In this document: positions 18,054 to 26,316 of the stretch, piece after piece | Layout of the letters: each line of letters starts with the position of its first letter | Position numbering within the stretch: the stretch's first letter is position 1 | Assembly: GCA_038325765.1 (NCBI GenBank) | Contig: JBBQJI010000013.1 | Span: 66,522-130,521 of the forward strand | DNA: 64,000 bases | DNA from: Nannocystales bacterium | GTDB taxonomy: Bacteria; Myxococcota_A; Polyangia; Nannocystales; Nannocystaceae | Direction: 5' to 3' | Position numbers and translations under genes: made by a program | Notes under the pieces: generated by a model | The model's database searches: none | Told to the model about the DNA's origin: nothing | Seen by the model: only the letters and a program-made list of their open reading frames with translations

Positions 18054-19184
18054 TCAGGTCTGCGCAGGGCTCCGCACCCGGGCCAGCAGCTTGCGGGTGA
18101 CGGCGGGCAGGCCGCCGGGCGGACGAGCCTCGGATTCGAGCCACACGTGCGGCGCGGCGGTCCGCGCCTGCGCCCCCGGCCCGACCTCGACGGTGACCAC
18201 CTGCAGCGACCAGCGCCGGTGGGTGAACACGTGGGTGACAGGTGGGCCGTGCTGCCCGACCGCACCGATCCGACCGCGCACGAGGGCCCCGATGTCGGCG
18301 CGCGCGGGCGCGGCGACATCGGGCCCTGTGCGCGGCACGAGCGGCAAGCACCACATGCCGGCGAGCAGGCCTTCGTCGGCGCGACGGGTGACGAGCACCG
18401 CGCCTGTACGCATGACCGCGAGCGCCCACAGCGACAGGACGGGCGCAGTGACCCGCTCGCGCGGCGCCGGGATGCGATCGGTCGAGCCGTCCTGCCGCGC
18501 GCGGCACTGCGCCGCCACGGGACACGCCGAGCACCGCGGTGCCCGCGGCGTGCACACCGTCGCGCCGAGCTCCATCAGCGCCTGCCCGAGCACACGAGGC
18601 GTCCCGCGCCGCAGGATCTCGGCGCAGGCAGCCCACAGCCATGGCGAGGTCGCGACCTGCAGCCGGGGATCGTCGACGGCCTCGAGGCGGCACAGCACGC
18701 GGGCGACGTTGCCGTCGACGAGCGGCTCGGGACGATCGAACGCGATCGAGGCGATGGCGCCCGCCGTGTAGGCGCCGATACCCGGGATCTGCCGCAGCGC
18801 GACCACGTCCTGGGGCAAGCGGGCGCCGAGGTCGGCGGCGACACGCTTGGCACCGGCGTGCAGCAGCCGCGCGCGCCGGTAGTAGCCAAGCCCGCTCCAC
18901 GCCGCGAGCACCTCGTCGTCGTCGGCGGCCGCGAGCGCGCCGACGTCGGGGAAGCGGGCGATGAACCCGGACCAGTAGCGCTCGACGGTCTCGACGCGTG
19001 TCTGCTGCAGCATGATCTCCGAGACCCAGATGGCGTAGGGATCGCGGGTGCGCCGCCAGCTCAGATCGCGGTGGTTGGCGGCGAACCACGGCTCGAGTGA
19101 CGCGGCGATCGACGTGGCTCGGATCGCAGTGAGCGAAGGTGCGAGGCCGCGGGTAGGGCGAGCTGCTGGGCGTTTCGTTCGCAC
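18054..19184 (-). CDS. mutY: A/G-specific adenine DNA glycosylase
   Basis: YAIWVSEIMLQQTRV, HhH-GPD segment IPGIGAYTAGAI, a 4Fe-4S Cys cluster CTPRAPRCSACP..C, and a NUDIX-like C-terminal domain. There is no in-frame ATG near the conserved N-terminus, so GTG at 19184 is proposed. Confidence 0.85.
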   Translation of the reverse strand: MRTKRPAARPTRGLAPSLTAIRATSIAASLEPWFAANHRDLSWRRTRDPYAIWVSEIMLQQTRVETVERYWSGFIARFPDVGALAAADDDEVLAAWSGLGYYRRARLLHAGAKRVAADLGARLPQDVVALRQIPGIGAYTAGAIASIAFDRPEPLVDGNVARVLCRLEAVDDPRLQVATSPWLWAACAEILRRGTPRVLGQALMELGATVCTPRAPRCSACPVAAQCRARQDGSTDRIPAPRERVTAPVLSLWALAVMRTGAVLVTRRADEGLLAGMWCLPLVPRTGPDVAAPARADIGALVRGRIGAVGQHGPPVTHVFTHRRWSLQVVTVEVGPGAQARTAAPHVWLESEARPPGGLPAVTRKLLARVRSPAQT

Positions 19185-19418
19185 GTCGAGAGGACTGGGC
19201 CGGCGGAGGTACGGGCCCGGTCGACGCGACCGTAGCCCGATGCTCGCGGCGGCGTCGAGACCGACCGACGTGCGCGGATCGGGGCGGCGGTGCCCGCCCG
19301 CGCCTCGCGGCCTGACCCTTCGTCCGGCCACGGGCGACGAGGGCGATGCCGCCACCCCCACGACGCCACCCCCATGCCGCCAGCTGCGTCCCTCCGATCG
19401 ATCGTCTACGCTCCTGTA

Positions 19419-20141
19419 ATGGTGCGCTCATCCATCCTGCCCGCGTCGGAGCCGCCGCGACGTCCGTGGTGGTTGGCGGCGCTGCTCGTTGCGACACAGG
19501 CGACGTGCAAGGCGCCGAACCCGGCGTTCGACGCCGGTGCCACCTCGGCGGTCGACTCCGCGCAAACCGATCCGACGGATCCGACGACCTCTGCGCCCGC
19601 GACCACCGACGGGACGACCGCCGATCCGGCGACCTCCCCGTCGACGACGGACGACTCGACGTCGACCGATCCGCCGCCCGATCCCGAGACCGAATCCACC
19701 ACGGCGGAGGCCAACCGCTGCTGCAACGCCGACGACTGCGACCCGCAGGTCATCGTATGCGTCTGCGCGCTGATGGAATCGTGCTGCGAGGAGTGGGGCG
19801 AGTTCTGTCCCGACATGGCGGCCGCGTGCGCCGGCACGTGCGATGGCGTGGAGGCGTCGTGCTGCAGACCCCGGCCCGACCATCCGGCGTGCGACGGCGT
19901 GGCGCTCGCGGAAGGGTTCTGCGCCACGCACGTTGCGTGCTGCGATGACGAGTGGACGCCGCGGTGCGTGGCGGAGTACGACGCGGCGACCGGCGAGTGC
20001 GACCTGGGCTCGTGTAGCCTGCCGCAGGACCTCCCTGGCTGCGCCGACCCCGACATCATGGACTGCGTCTGCGAAGAGCTGCCACAGTGCTGCACGGAGC
20101 AGTGGGACACCTCGTGCGTCCAGGCCTCCGCGGTGTGCTGA
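19419..20141 (+). CDS. Cys-rich secreted lipoprotein with repeated CC-x3-W-x3-C motif
   Basis: ATG at 19419 gives MVRSSILP...WWLAALLVATQATC (lipobox). An S/T/D/P-rich linker follows, then about 30 Cys, including CVCALMESCCEEWGEFC, VACCDDEWTPRC and CVCEELPQCCTEQWDTSC. Confidence 0.65.
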   Translation: MVRSSILPASEPPRRPWWLAALLVATQATCKAPNPAFDAGATSAVDSAQTDPTDPTTSAPATTDGTTADPATSPSTTDDSTSTDPPPDPETESTTAEANRCCNADDCDPQVIVCVCALMESCCEEWGEFCPDMAAACAGTCDGVEASCCRPRPDHPACDGVALAEGFCATHVACCDDEWTPRCVAEYDAATGECDLGSCSLPQDLPGCADPDIMDCVCEELPQCCTEQWDTSCVQASAVC

Positions 20142-20166
20142 AGCGCCGAACCGGACGCCGACGCCT

Positions 20167-21717
20167 TCACCCGGGCCGCGGCCGCACGCGGCCATCGGGC
20201 GCGATCTCACCGGGCAACTCGAGTCCCGCAGCCATACCGGTGACCGCGTCGCACAGCAGCGCACGTTCGCGCCGGAGCCGGCCCACGGCGACCCACCGCG
20301 CCCGCCGCGTGAGGCGCACGCGGACGCTGCGGGCCACCTCGCGCGCCACCCTCAGATAGCGCACCGCGAACGCGCCGCCGAGTCCCGCCAACGTGCCGGT
20401 CAACACGCCGGCGAGCACCGGGGTGTCGGGCAGCGCCGGATAGAGATGATGCAGGTGCTCGTGCAGTTGCGCGGCCAGGATTCCCGCCGCGAACCACGTC
20501 GCGGGGAACAGCACCAGTCCGAGCAGCAGCTTGATCGTCGCCTCGTCCTTCTCGAGCTTGGCGCCGATCCGCGCCAGCCCACGCAGCAGCAGCGCGGTCG
20601 GCAGGTTGACGACATAGCCGAGCACGATGAGCGGCGGCAGCAACAAGAACACCGCGATCGCCTGCAGCACCAGCAGCACCGCCAACCACGGCGGCAGCAA
20701 TGGCGGCGCGCGGTCGAGGTCGTAGTCCTCGAGGTGCAGCGCGCGGAGATCGGCGTCGTAGGTGGCGACGCGGCGGCGCAGCGCGTCGACCTGTGCGGGC
20801 GCACGGGCGTGCAGCGCGTAGTAGCCCTGGCGCACCCGCGCGAAGCCCAACACGCGCTCGCCGATGGTGGTCGCGCCCGGATCGGCATCGACCCGAGCGG
20901 CCCGCTCAGCCCGCACCAGCCGGCGGGTGCGCTGCATGAGATCGTGCAGCGCCCAATCATCGGTGGCGTGCACGACCTCGCGCAGCGTCGACTCGACCGT
21001 CGCCGTGAGCGCCCGGGCGCGGGCGCTGGCCGCACCGTCGTCCTCGTCGGCCGCAGGCGTGACATCGAGTTCGGGGGGCAACGCGAGCGGCGGATGGAAC
21101 GCGATGAGGGCGTTCGAGCGGAACATCTGCTTGCGATCGTAGTGCAGGCCGACGGGGATGATGACCGGCGGCGACGCCCCTGCGCGCAGCATCCGGGCGC
21201 GGTAGTACAGCCGCGCCGCACCGGTCTTGAGTTCGGTGAGATACGGCGCGTCGTGGCTGATCCCCTCGGGGAACAACGCCGCGAACGAGCCGGCGGCGAT
21301 CGCCTCGGCCAGCGCGTCGAGGCTGCGACGGTTCGCGTCGCGACGCGCCTGGGGATCTCCGCGAGCGGCATCGATCGCGCGATAGATGGGCACCGTCCCC
21401 AGGCGTCGCAGCACGAACCCCAGCAGGGGCACGGCGAACAGACCATGACGCGCGCCGAACACCACGCGCCGCGGAAACCGGGTGAGGATGAGACCCGGGT
21501 CCACGAGGCCGTTGGGGTGCCACGAGACCAGCAGACCGCAGCCACCCGGCGGCAGGTTGTCGAGCCCCACGACCTCGACGCGGCGGAAGAACGCCCGCGT
21601 CGCCACGCGCAGCAAGAACGTGATGCCGCGGTACAGACCACCGCGTGCGCGGGCACGCTCGCGCAACGCGGCCGACGCCGGCGGTGGACTCAGCGGCACG
21701 CGACCTCGATCGAGCAC
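20167..21717 (-). CDS. Lysophospholipid (PlsC-like) acyltransferase with C-terminal membrane domain
   Basis: Acyltransferase blocks WHPNGLVDP, GTVPIYR and FPEGISHD. The C-terminal helices are LPPWLAVLLVLQAIAVFLLLPPLIVLGYV and LLLGLVLFPATWFAAGILA. Confidence 0.75.
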   Translation of the reverse strand: MLDRGRVPLSPPPASAALRERARARGGLYRGITFLLRVATRAFFRRVEVVGLDNLPPGGCGLLVSWHPNGLVDPGLILTRFPRRVVFGARHGLFAVPLLGFVLRRLGTVPIYRAIDAARGDPQARRDANRRSLDALAEAIAAGSFAALFPEGISHDAPYLTELKTGAARLYYRARMLRAGASPPVIIPVGLHYDRKQMFRSNALIAFHPPLALPPELDVTPAADEDDGAASARARALTATVESTLREVVHATDDWALHDLMQRTRRLVRAERAARVDADPGATTIGERVLGFARVRQGYYALHARAPAQVDALRRRVATYDADLRALHLEDYDLDRAPPLLPPWLAVLLVLQAIAVFLLLPPLIVLGYVVNLPTALLLRGLARIGAKLEKDEATIKLLLGLVLFPATWFAAGILAAQLHEHLHHLYPALPDTPVLAGVLTGTLAGLGGAFAVRYLRVAREVARSVRVRLTRRARWVAVGRLRRERALLCDAVTGMAAGLELPGEIAPDGRVRPRPG

Positions 21718-21930
21718 GCCGCACGCACGTCGATGATGGTGGGCGTGCCACCCAGCGGTGGCAAGCCAAGCGGCCGCTGCGGGCCGCTTGGCCCACCGGC
21801 GGGGCGCGGAATCTCGGGCTCGACGCCGCCCGTGGCGCTCCCACCGGCGTGAGCTTCACGGCGTCGCTGCGGCGCCCCAAGGCTTGGCCTGGAGACGACT
21901 TTTTGGCACAAGCTGCATCGGACGGGGTGC

Positions 21931-21967
21931 CCCGCGTAGAGTTCCCCCGCGTAGAGTTCCCCCGCGA
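21931..21967. repeat. 15-bp tandem repeat (cccgcgtagagttcc) x2.4 upstream of murC
   Basis: Direct reading of the sequence. It ends 37 nt before the murC ATG. Confidence 0.9.
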
Positions 21968-22003
21968 CGTGCCCAGCGAAGCTGCCCAGAGATCCTGACC
22001 GTC

Positions 22004-23413
22004 ATGTTCCGCAAGATCGACACGCACATCCACTTCGTGGGCACGGGCGGCATCGGCATGAGCGGCATCGCCGAGGTGTTGCTCGATCTCGGCTACCGCG
22101 TCACCGGCACCGACATCGTGGGATCCGACACGACGCGGCGCCTGGCGCAACGCGGCGCAACGGTGCACATCGGTCACGCCGCGGAGCACCTCGGCGACGC
22201 GGACGTGGTCGTGGTGTCGAGCGCGGTGGGTCGCGACAACCCCGAGATCATCGCCGCCCGCCAGCGCAAGATCCCGGTCATCCAGCGCGCCGAGATGCTC
22301 GCCGAGCTGATGCGCCTCAAGCAGGGCATCGCCATCGCCGGCAGCCACGGCAAGACCACGACCACCTCGCTCATCGCGTCGATCCTGCGCGCCGCCGACC
22401 TCGATCCCACCGTCGTGATCGGCGGCAAGGTCAACGCGCTGGGCTCCAACGCCAAGCTCGGCCAAGGTGATCTGCTCGTCGCCGAGGCCGACGAGAGCGA
22501 CGGCACGTTCTTGATGCTCACACCGACCTTCGCCGTCGTCACCAACATCGACAGCGAGCACCTCGATCACTACGGCAGCCTCGACGACGTCGTGCGCGCC
22601 TTCGTCGGCTTCGCCAACCGGGTGCCGTTCTACGGCATGGCGGTCGTGTGCATCGACGACGCCAACGTCGCCCGCAGCGTGCCCTTGCTGGGCAAGCGCT
22701 TCACGACCTACGGCATCGAGCGCACCGACGCCGACTATGTCGCCGCCTCCGTGCGGTACGACGGGCTGCTCACCCACTTCCGCGTGATCGTGCGCGGCCG
22801 CGATCATGGCGAGTTCACCTTGCAGATGCCGGGGATCCACAACGTCGCCAACGCCCTGGCCGCGATCGCGATCGCCGACGAGCTCGAGGTTCCGATCGAC
22901 GTCACCCGGGCGGCGCTCGCCGGCTTCGAGGGTGTGCAACGGCGCTTCACCATCCTCGGCGAGGCCAAGGGCGTGATGGTCGTCGACGACTACGGCCACC
23001 ACCCCACCGAGGTCCGCGCCACGCTGGCGGGCGCCCGCGCGAGCTTCCCCAGCCGCCGGATCGTCGCCGCCCTGCAGCCGCACCGCTACTCGCGGCTGCG
23101 GGACAACATGGACCGCTTCGCCGCGTCCCTCGACGCCGCCGACGTCGTCGTGCTCACGGACGTCTACCCCGCTGGCGAGGCGCCGATCACCGGCGTCGAC
23201 GCTGCGCGCCTGGTCGAGCTCGTGCAGGCGCGCAGGCCCGACCGCCTCGTCGTCCACGAGGCCGATGTCGCGACCTTGGCGGGACGACTCGCCACCCTCA
23301 CCGAGCCCGGCGATCTAGTGCTGACACTGGGCGCCGGCAGCATCACCCGCACGGGGCCCCAGCTCCTCGTGCAGCTCGAGACCCCCTTGCCCGCGACGGG
23401 AACCGAACGATGA
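22004..23413 (+). CDS. murC: UDP-N-acetylmuramate--L-alanine ligase
   Basis: IHFVGTGGIGMSGIAEVL and GSHGKTTTTS (P-loop), with Mur ligase middle and C-terminal domains. Start at ATG 22004; the upstream part of ORF 21758.. is rejected. Confidence 0.93.
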   Translation: MFRKIDTHIHFVGTGGIGMSGIAEVLLDLGYRVTGTDIVGSDTTRRLAQRGATVHIGHAAEHLGDADVVVVSSAVGRDNPEIIAARQRKIPVIQRAEMLAELMRLKQGIAIAGSHGKTTTTSLIASILRAADLDPTVVIGGKVNALGSNAKLGQGDLLVAEADESDGTFLMLTPTFAVVTNIDSEHLDHYGSLDDVVRAFVGFANRVPFYGMAVVCIDDANVARSVPLLGKRFTTYGIERTDADYVAASVRYDGLLTHFRVIVRGRDHGEFTLQMPGIHNVANALAAIAIADELEVPIDVTRAALAGFEGVQRRFTILGEAKGVMVVDDYGHHPTEVRATLAGARASFPSRRIVAALQPHRYSRLRDNMDRFAASLDAADVVVLTDVYPAGEAPITGVDAARLVELVQARRPDRLVVHEADVATLAGRLATLTEPGDLVLTLGAGSITRTGPQLLVQLETPLPATGTER

Positions 23414-23667
23414 GCAACCACGAAACCGACTTCCAAGGCGACGTCCACCATGCCATCCGCAGCGCGATCGAGTCCGTCATCCCCGACGCTACGGTGATCG
23501 TCGGCGGTGCCGGCGGACACTTCACGATCGAGGTCACCGCGGGCGTCTTCGAGGGCAAATCGATGCTGCAGAGCCAGCGGATCGTGCTGGGGGCGATCGC
23601 GCATCTGATGAAGGGCGAGCGCGCGCCGGTGCACGCGGTCGACAGCTTGCGGACACACGCGAGCTGA
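23410..23667 (+). CDS. bolA: BolA-family protein
   Basis: 85 aa. GGAGGHFTIEVTAGVFEGKSMLQSQRIV...LMKGERAPVHAV fits the BolA fold signature. Its ATG overlaps the murC stop (ATGA). Confidence 0.8.
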   Translation: MSNHETDFQGDVHHAIRSAIESVIPDATVIVGGAGGHFTIEVTAGVFEGKSMLQSQRIVLGAIAHLMKGERAPVHAVDSLRTHAS

Positions 23668-23800
23668 CGAGGCGCAACTGGGGACCCTCGGCCTGTCCCA
23701 CGATCCGAAACCGCGGGGGAAAGGGTCAACCGAACTGTGGCACGTAGGCCTTGCCGGGCGTGCCGCCGATGGCGAGGACCGTCGCGCCCTGCGCCCCCGC

Positions 23801-24328
23801 GTGCAGCGTGCGCGTCGTCGTTGGACCTACCCGCACCAACCAGCGCTAGCCTTCGACGTCGCGCGGCTCGAACGCGATGCACTCCGCTGCGCGGATGACG
23901 GCGACGCCTTCGCCATGATCGGCGACGCGCTGCGTCCGCTCGCACGCCGGCTCGACGACGCCGCGAACTCGGTGCGGGCGATCGTCGAGTTCGTCGCGGA
24001 CACACCGGGGGTGACCCGGGTCGGGCAGCTCGAAGACCGCTTCGATCTCGACGACCGCGCATTGCAACGGCTGTTCGCCCGCTGCATCGGCGCCACGCCC
24101 AAGTGGGTGATTCGCAGAGTGCGACTGCAGGAGGCGGCGGCGCACCTCGAGCGCGGCGAGACCTCCCTGGGAGAACTCGCCGCGACCCTCGGCTACACCG
24201 ATCAGGCCCACTTCGCCCGCGACTTCAAGGCGGTGGTCGGACTTCCACCGGGCGCGTTTGCTCAGCGGCTGCGCGCGACCTGGGGCGCCGGCGAGTTCGA
24301 CGGATTCGTCGCGGCCGGCTGTGCGTGA
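23801..24328 (+). CDS. AraC-family HTH regulator, apparently lacking the usual N-terminal sensor domain (possible 5-prime-truncated remnant)
   Basis: The C-terminal double HTH is ALQRLFARCIGATPKWVIRRVRLQEAA...LGYTDQAHFARDFKAVVGLPPGAF. At most 175 aa are available, from GTG 23801. The frame upstream is open but has no start codon and no sensor-like sequence. Confidence 0.5.
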   Translation: MQRARRRWTYPHQPALAFDVARLERDALRCADDGDAFAMIGDALRPLARRLDDAANSVRAIVEFVADTPGVTRVGQLEDRFDLDDRALQRLFARCIGATPKWVIRRVRLQEAAAHLERGETSLGELAATLGYTDQAHFARDFKAVVGLPPGAFAQRLRATWGAGEFDGFVAAGCA

Positions 24329-24334
24329 CGGACA

Positions 24335-25282
24335 CTACAGGCTCGTCGGCGGGCCCTGGCACTGCAGCGCGTCGGTCGGTGCGCAAAACGGCATCGCCTC
24401 GGTGCAGTTCAACCCCGGGGCGCAGCGATCGCGATCGAACACGCACACGACACCCTCCGCGATCGGCGGGCGGCAGCGGCCGCCATAATCGCACCACGTG
24501 CTCGCGCACTCGAGATCGCTGGCACAGCCATCGCCGTCGGTCTTGAGTGCGGCGCAGATCGACGGGTCGACCGAGGCGTCGCACCATGCGTCGCCGGAGC
24601 AGAGCGACCCCATCGCGCACGGGAGCCCGGGCTCCGGCAGGGGCGTGCACCGTCCGGTGCTCCGCGCGTCGCAGAACAGCCCATCGTCGCAGTCGCGCAG
24701 GACGTGGAAGCCCGGACCCTCGAGCGAGCACGGCTCGCCTGTGCCCTCGCGGAGGCAGGCCGGCGCGCAGACATCGACTGGATCGCCGTCGTAGGCCTCG
24801 CGGGTGATGCAGACCAGCCCCTGATCGCAGTCGCTGAACGCGCCATGGTGCCGGCATGGCCCGTCCTGCGGGACCGCGCCGTGGTAGGCGAAGCAGTCGG
24901 AGCAGGTCTCGAGCCGCGCGGGATCCCTCGAGCAGCCCAGCGCCGCGATGTCGTCGATCCGGGCGTCGACGCACGACGGATCGTAGGTCAGTCCGGCCGT
25001 GACCACCTCGAGCTGTTCGCCGAGGAGATCCCCAGACAGGTTCGCGACGCACGCCTCCTCGCTGGCGAACCCCGCGGGATCGAGGCACTGACACGCGAAC
25101 AGCTCGGCGCAGTAGTGGACCGCGACCTCGCGCGAGGCATCACGCTCGAAGATCGGGGGATCGGCTTGGCACGCCGCGATCGAGGCGAGCACGCCGAGAT
25201 ACAGCAGGAGCGGTGGGCGCCGGGGCGGTGGGCGTCGGGGCGGTGGGGTGAGGATCATGATTGCGCGGCGTGGACTCGCCAT
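24335..25282 (-). CDS. Cys-rich lipoprotein with about five G-x-x-C...C-x-x-G-L-x-C...C repeats (Dickkopf/colipase-like knots)
   Basis: ATG at 25282. Signal LLLYLGVLASIAAC (lipobox). Repeats include GEPCSLEGPGFHVLRDCDDGLFCDARSTGRCTP and GDGCASDLECASTWCDYGGRCRP. Confidence 0.65.
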   Translation of the reverse strand: MASPRRAIMILTPPPRRPPPRRPPLLLYLGVLASIAACQADPPIFERDASREVAVHYCAELFACQCLDPAGFASEEACVANLSGDLLGEQLEVVTAGLTYDPSCVDARIDDIAALGCSRDPARLETCSDCFAYHGAVPQDGPCRHHGAFSDCDQGLVCITREAYDGDPVDVCAPACLREGTGEPCSLEGPGFHVLRDCDDGLFCDARSTGRCTPLPEPGLPCAMGSLCSGDAWCDASVDPSICAALKTDGDGCASDLECASTWCDYGGRCRPPIAEGVVCVFDRDRCAPGLNCTEAMPFCAPTDALQCQGPPTSL

Positions 25283-25385
25283 GTCGCCTGCTCGTCCCCA
25301 CGTGGCCCGCCGTTGCACGCACGCGCGCGGGGGCACCCACAAAGATGGCCCGCACGGCCCTCAGCCCCTACGGGTCACCCCGCGC

Positions 25386-26258
25386 TCACAGGCGCGCGTG
25401 GATCCACGCCTGGATCATCTCGACCACCGGCGCGCGCAGCTGCGCGGGCTCGTTGTGCAGCTCGTGGTAGTACCCTTCGAAGGTGCGCAGCGTCTGGTCG
25501 CGGGCTGCGGCCTGCGAGAGCGAGTGGAACACCCGCTGGGTCGCGGCGGGATCGCAGATGCGATCGCCGGTGCCCACGTACCACAGGCACGGCAGCTCGA
25601 TCGTGGCGGCCTCGTGCTCGACCCGCGCGATCGCGGCGTTCATGGCCGCGAACCATGCGGCGGTGACCACGTCGACGCGGAGCGGATCGGCGACGTAGCG
25701 GGCGACCACCTGGGCGTCGCGCGAGATGCCGTCGGCCGGGATGCCAGAGGGCAGCGCGAGACGCGGCGCCAAGTGGGCCGCGATCTTGCCGAGCGCCAGC
25801 TTGAGCGGGTTGACCTTCATCGTGAGGCCGAGCAGCGGGCTGGAGAGGATCGCCCCCCGCAGGGGAATCTTCTCCTGGTGCTCGAGCAGGTGCACGAGGC
25901 CGATGAGCGCGCCCATCGAGTGCGCGAACAGGAACCAGGGCAGCGACTCGGGGCGCTCTTCGGCGGGGCCGCGGGCGATCTGCTCGTCGATGACCTGTTG
26001 CAGGTCGACGGCGTACTGCTCGAAGCGCTCGACGTGGCCGCGCAGCCCCCCAGAGCGCCCGAGCCCGCGGTGGTCGGGCCCGAACACGAGGCCGCCGACG
26101 GCGACGAGCTCGCCGGCGAGATCGGCGTAGCGCATCGCGTGCTCGGCCCCGCCGTGGGACACGACGACGACGAACTTCGGGGGGCCCTCCGGCCGCCACA
26201 CGTCGACGTGGATCGACGTGCCATCGGCGGTGCTCGAGGTGTGCTCGGTGTGGACCAT
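25386..26258 (-). CDS. Alpha/beta hydrolase (lysophospholipase / monoacylglycerol lipase-like)
   Basis: ATG at 26258 (MVHTEH). The HGGAEH oxyanion region, nucleophile elbow AHSMGA and a C-terminal His region are present. The upstream part of ORF ..26642 is rejected. Confidence 0.75.
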   Translation of the reverse strand: MVHTEHTSSTADGTSIHVDVWRPEGPPKFVVVVSHGGAEHAMRYADLAGELVAVGGLVFGPDHRGLGRSGGLRGHVERFEQYAVDLQQVIDEQIARGPAEERPESLPWFLFAHSMGALIGLVHLLEHQEKIPLRGAILSSPLLGLTMKVNPLKLALGKIAAHLAPRLALPSGIPADGISRDAQVVARYVADPLRVDVVTAAWFAAMNAAIARVEHEAATIELPCLWYVGTGDRICDPAATQRVFHSLSQAAARDQTLRTFEGYYHELHNEPAQLRAPVVEMIQAWIHARL

Positions 26259-26316
26259 TGCGCGCCAAGCGTCGCCTACCACCGTCCGCGCCGCAACCCG
26301 GTAGAGTGACGCTCGG

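Noticed and set aside
17281-19497. 738-aa minus-strand ORF spanning the 17353 gene and mutY in another frame
   Set aside because: It overlaps mutY out of frame. It is extremely Arg/Ala/Pro-rich and has no domains, so it is a shadow ORF.
21904-21917. Sigma-54-like promoter TGGCACAAGCTGCA upstream of murC
   Set aside because: The GG and GC dinucleotides are 10 nt apart rather than the strictly required 12 nt (TGGCAC-N5-TTGC), so it does not fit the -24/-12 geometry.
21758-22003. N-terminal 82-aa extension of the murC ORF
   Set aside because: The conserved MurC N-terminus (IHFVGTGGIGMSG) starts about 7 aa after ATG 22004. The extension contains the 15-bp tandem repeat and has no homology logic.
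20957-23257. 766-aa minus-strand ORF opposite murC
   Set aside because: murC on the plus strand has the P-loop and Mur ligase signatures. The minus ORF has no recognisable motif and an Arg/Gly/Ala-biased composition.
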